Part shown: piece after piece, positions 63,084-64,000 of the stretch
Layout: each line of letters begins with the position of its first letter
How positions within the stretch are numbered: the stretch's first letter is position 1
DNA from: Alphaproteobacteria bacterium
GTDB taxonomy: Bacteria > Pseudomonadota > Alphaproteobacteria > Bin95
Assembly (NCBI GenBank): GCA_963665325.3
Contig: OZ224045.1
Coordinates: forward strand, 2,208,001 to 2,272,000
Length of the DNA: 64,000 nucleotides
Reading direction: 5' to 3'
Notes under the pieces: generated by a model
What the model was told of the DNA's origin: nothing
Seen by the model: only the letters and a program-made list of their open reading frames with translations
Database searches by the model: none
Made by a program: the position numbers and the translations under genes

Positions 63084-63839
63084 TTAGGGTATGTCGTCTC
63101 CTGCATCGGCAAGAATTGCATCGACCCGGAATCCCTGGTTGCGGTACCAACGACGGGGATCGTCGGGATCGGGCACTCGTTGATTATGCAGTGCCACAAC
63201 GTTAAACCAGTCGTCAAATACCGGGGAGCCTGAGGTCCCGTAGTCGGTATCTGTGAGGTACTGAATAAATGGCTGATGGTCAGGCGCAGCCATTACTTTA
63301 TTGTCGCGAAATGCGATTTCTTTGAAACGTCCCTGAGGATGCTGAATAATATTCACGCGCTGTCCTACGACCACCGACGCGCCGTGACGCAGATTCAGGA
63401 AACCCCATGATTCCCCCGCATTCTTGCCTTCTTTTTGTCGAACGCGTACAATGCTGTAATCTAGGCTCGGATTGGTCTTGAACAAATTGTCAGGATCGCA
63501 CTGCCAATTGTCGACCGTCGCAAGAGTCCCGCCCGCCTCCAGCTGATAATTGAATTGAAGCGTGGCTCTTCTGGCGTCTTCTGTATTCTCGAATACATGA
63601 TGATTGGTCATGAAGACGCTTTCGCCTATCAGGAAACCTGTCGCCGAGCCATTGTCAAACTTTACGCGAGCTACGCTTGCTGAGGCTTCGATTGCCTTGC
63701 GCAACCACCATATCGCCTTGAAATTCGGGTCATCAATAATGGCTTCCAGCCGATGGCCGGCGCTCCGGTCGGAAGTTGGTTTGGCCTCCCACCGAAAACC
63801 ACCGGGCGGCCCGTTATTGATTAGCCAATGGGTCTTCAT
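63084..63839 (-). CDS. Trypsin-like (V8/Glu-C-type) serine peptidase, low GC
   Basis: ATGFLIG, TNHHV (His), LDYS (Asp), IIQHPQG, YLTDT..GTSGSPVF (Ser), VVALHN; AGGAG RBS; AT-rich codons. Confidence 0.9.
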   Translation of the reverse strand: MKTHWLINNGPPGGFRWEAKPTSDRSAGHRLEAIIDDPNFKAIWWLRKAIEASASVARVKFDNGSATGFLIGESVFMTNHHVFENTEDARRATLQFNYQLEAGGTLATVDNWQCDPDNLFKTNPSLDYSIVRVRQKEGKNAGESWGFLNLRHGASVVVGQRVNIIQHPQGRFKEIAFRDNKVMAAPDHQPFIQYLTDTDYGTSGSPVFDDWFNVVALHNQRVPDPDDPRRWYRNQGFRVDAILADAGDDIP

Positions 63840-64000
63840 GGAAATTTCTCCTGTTGGGTAGCATTAGCTAAAACTAGAACATTAATTCTATATGATAGTC
63901 AATAAGAATTTCACATTCGATACAAGAGATAACAATACCCTCTTCCACCATCGCCTCGGCCGCAGTGTGCTCGTTCTTGACCGCGGCGTGCCCGGGGTCG

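Noticed and set aside
62953-63217. Small partner ORF downstream of the trypsin-like protease (63023-63217 and neighbouring frames)
   Set aside because: Mostly overlaps the protease in another frame, has no RBS or motif, and no terminal repeats flank the islet.

Overview
High-GC (roughly 68-70% by eye), densely coding chromosomal segment of an Alphaproteobacterium (Rhodospirillales-like gene order). Housekeeping blocks are lpoA-like/rsmI/yraN/gshB/comM, yfgM-bamB-der and hemF/petABC-mtnP-mtnA. They are interleaved with many accessory catabolic genes: two amidases, two GMC oxidoreductases, two LLM monooxygenases, a single-chain acyl-CoA carboxylase, mmsA, a CoA ligase, GGT, a TauD-family dioxygenase, two TRAP transporters and an ABC transporter. 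I saw no rRNA, tRNA, CRISPR array or transposase. The most notable oddities are: (i) an AT-rich, apparently foreign stand-alone trypsin-like protease at the right edge; (ii) a ~133-bp diverged, frameshifted copy of an amidase 5' end that brackets a TRAP operon; (iii) a CmcJ/NvfI-like Fe/2OG enzyme with a long N-terminal extension, divergent from a frameshifted DUF899 gene; (iv) a truncated orphan HigA antitoxin; (v) an amidase with a possible fused GatC/AtzG-like tail; (vi) mtnP-mtnA followed by an Ldh_2 dehydrogenase; (vii) RegA/RegR boxes upstream of petABC. All family assignments come from motif recognition by eye, and no searches were run.
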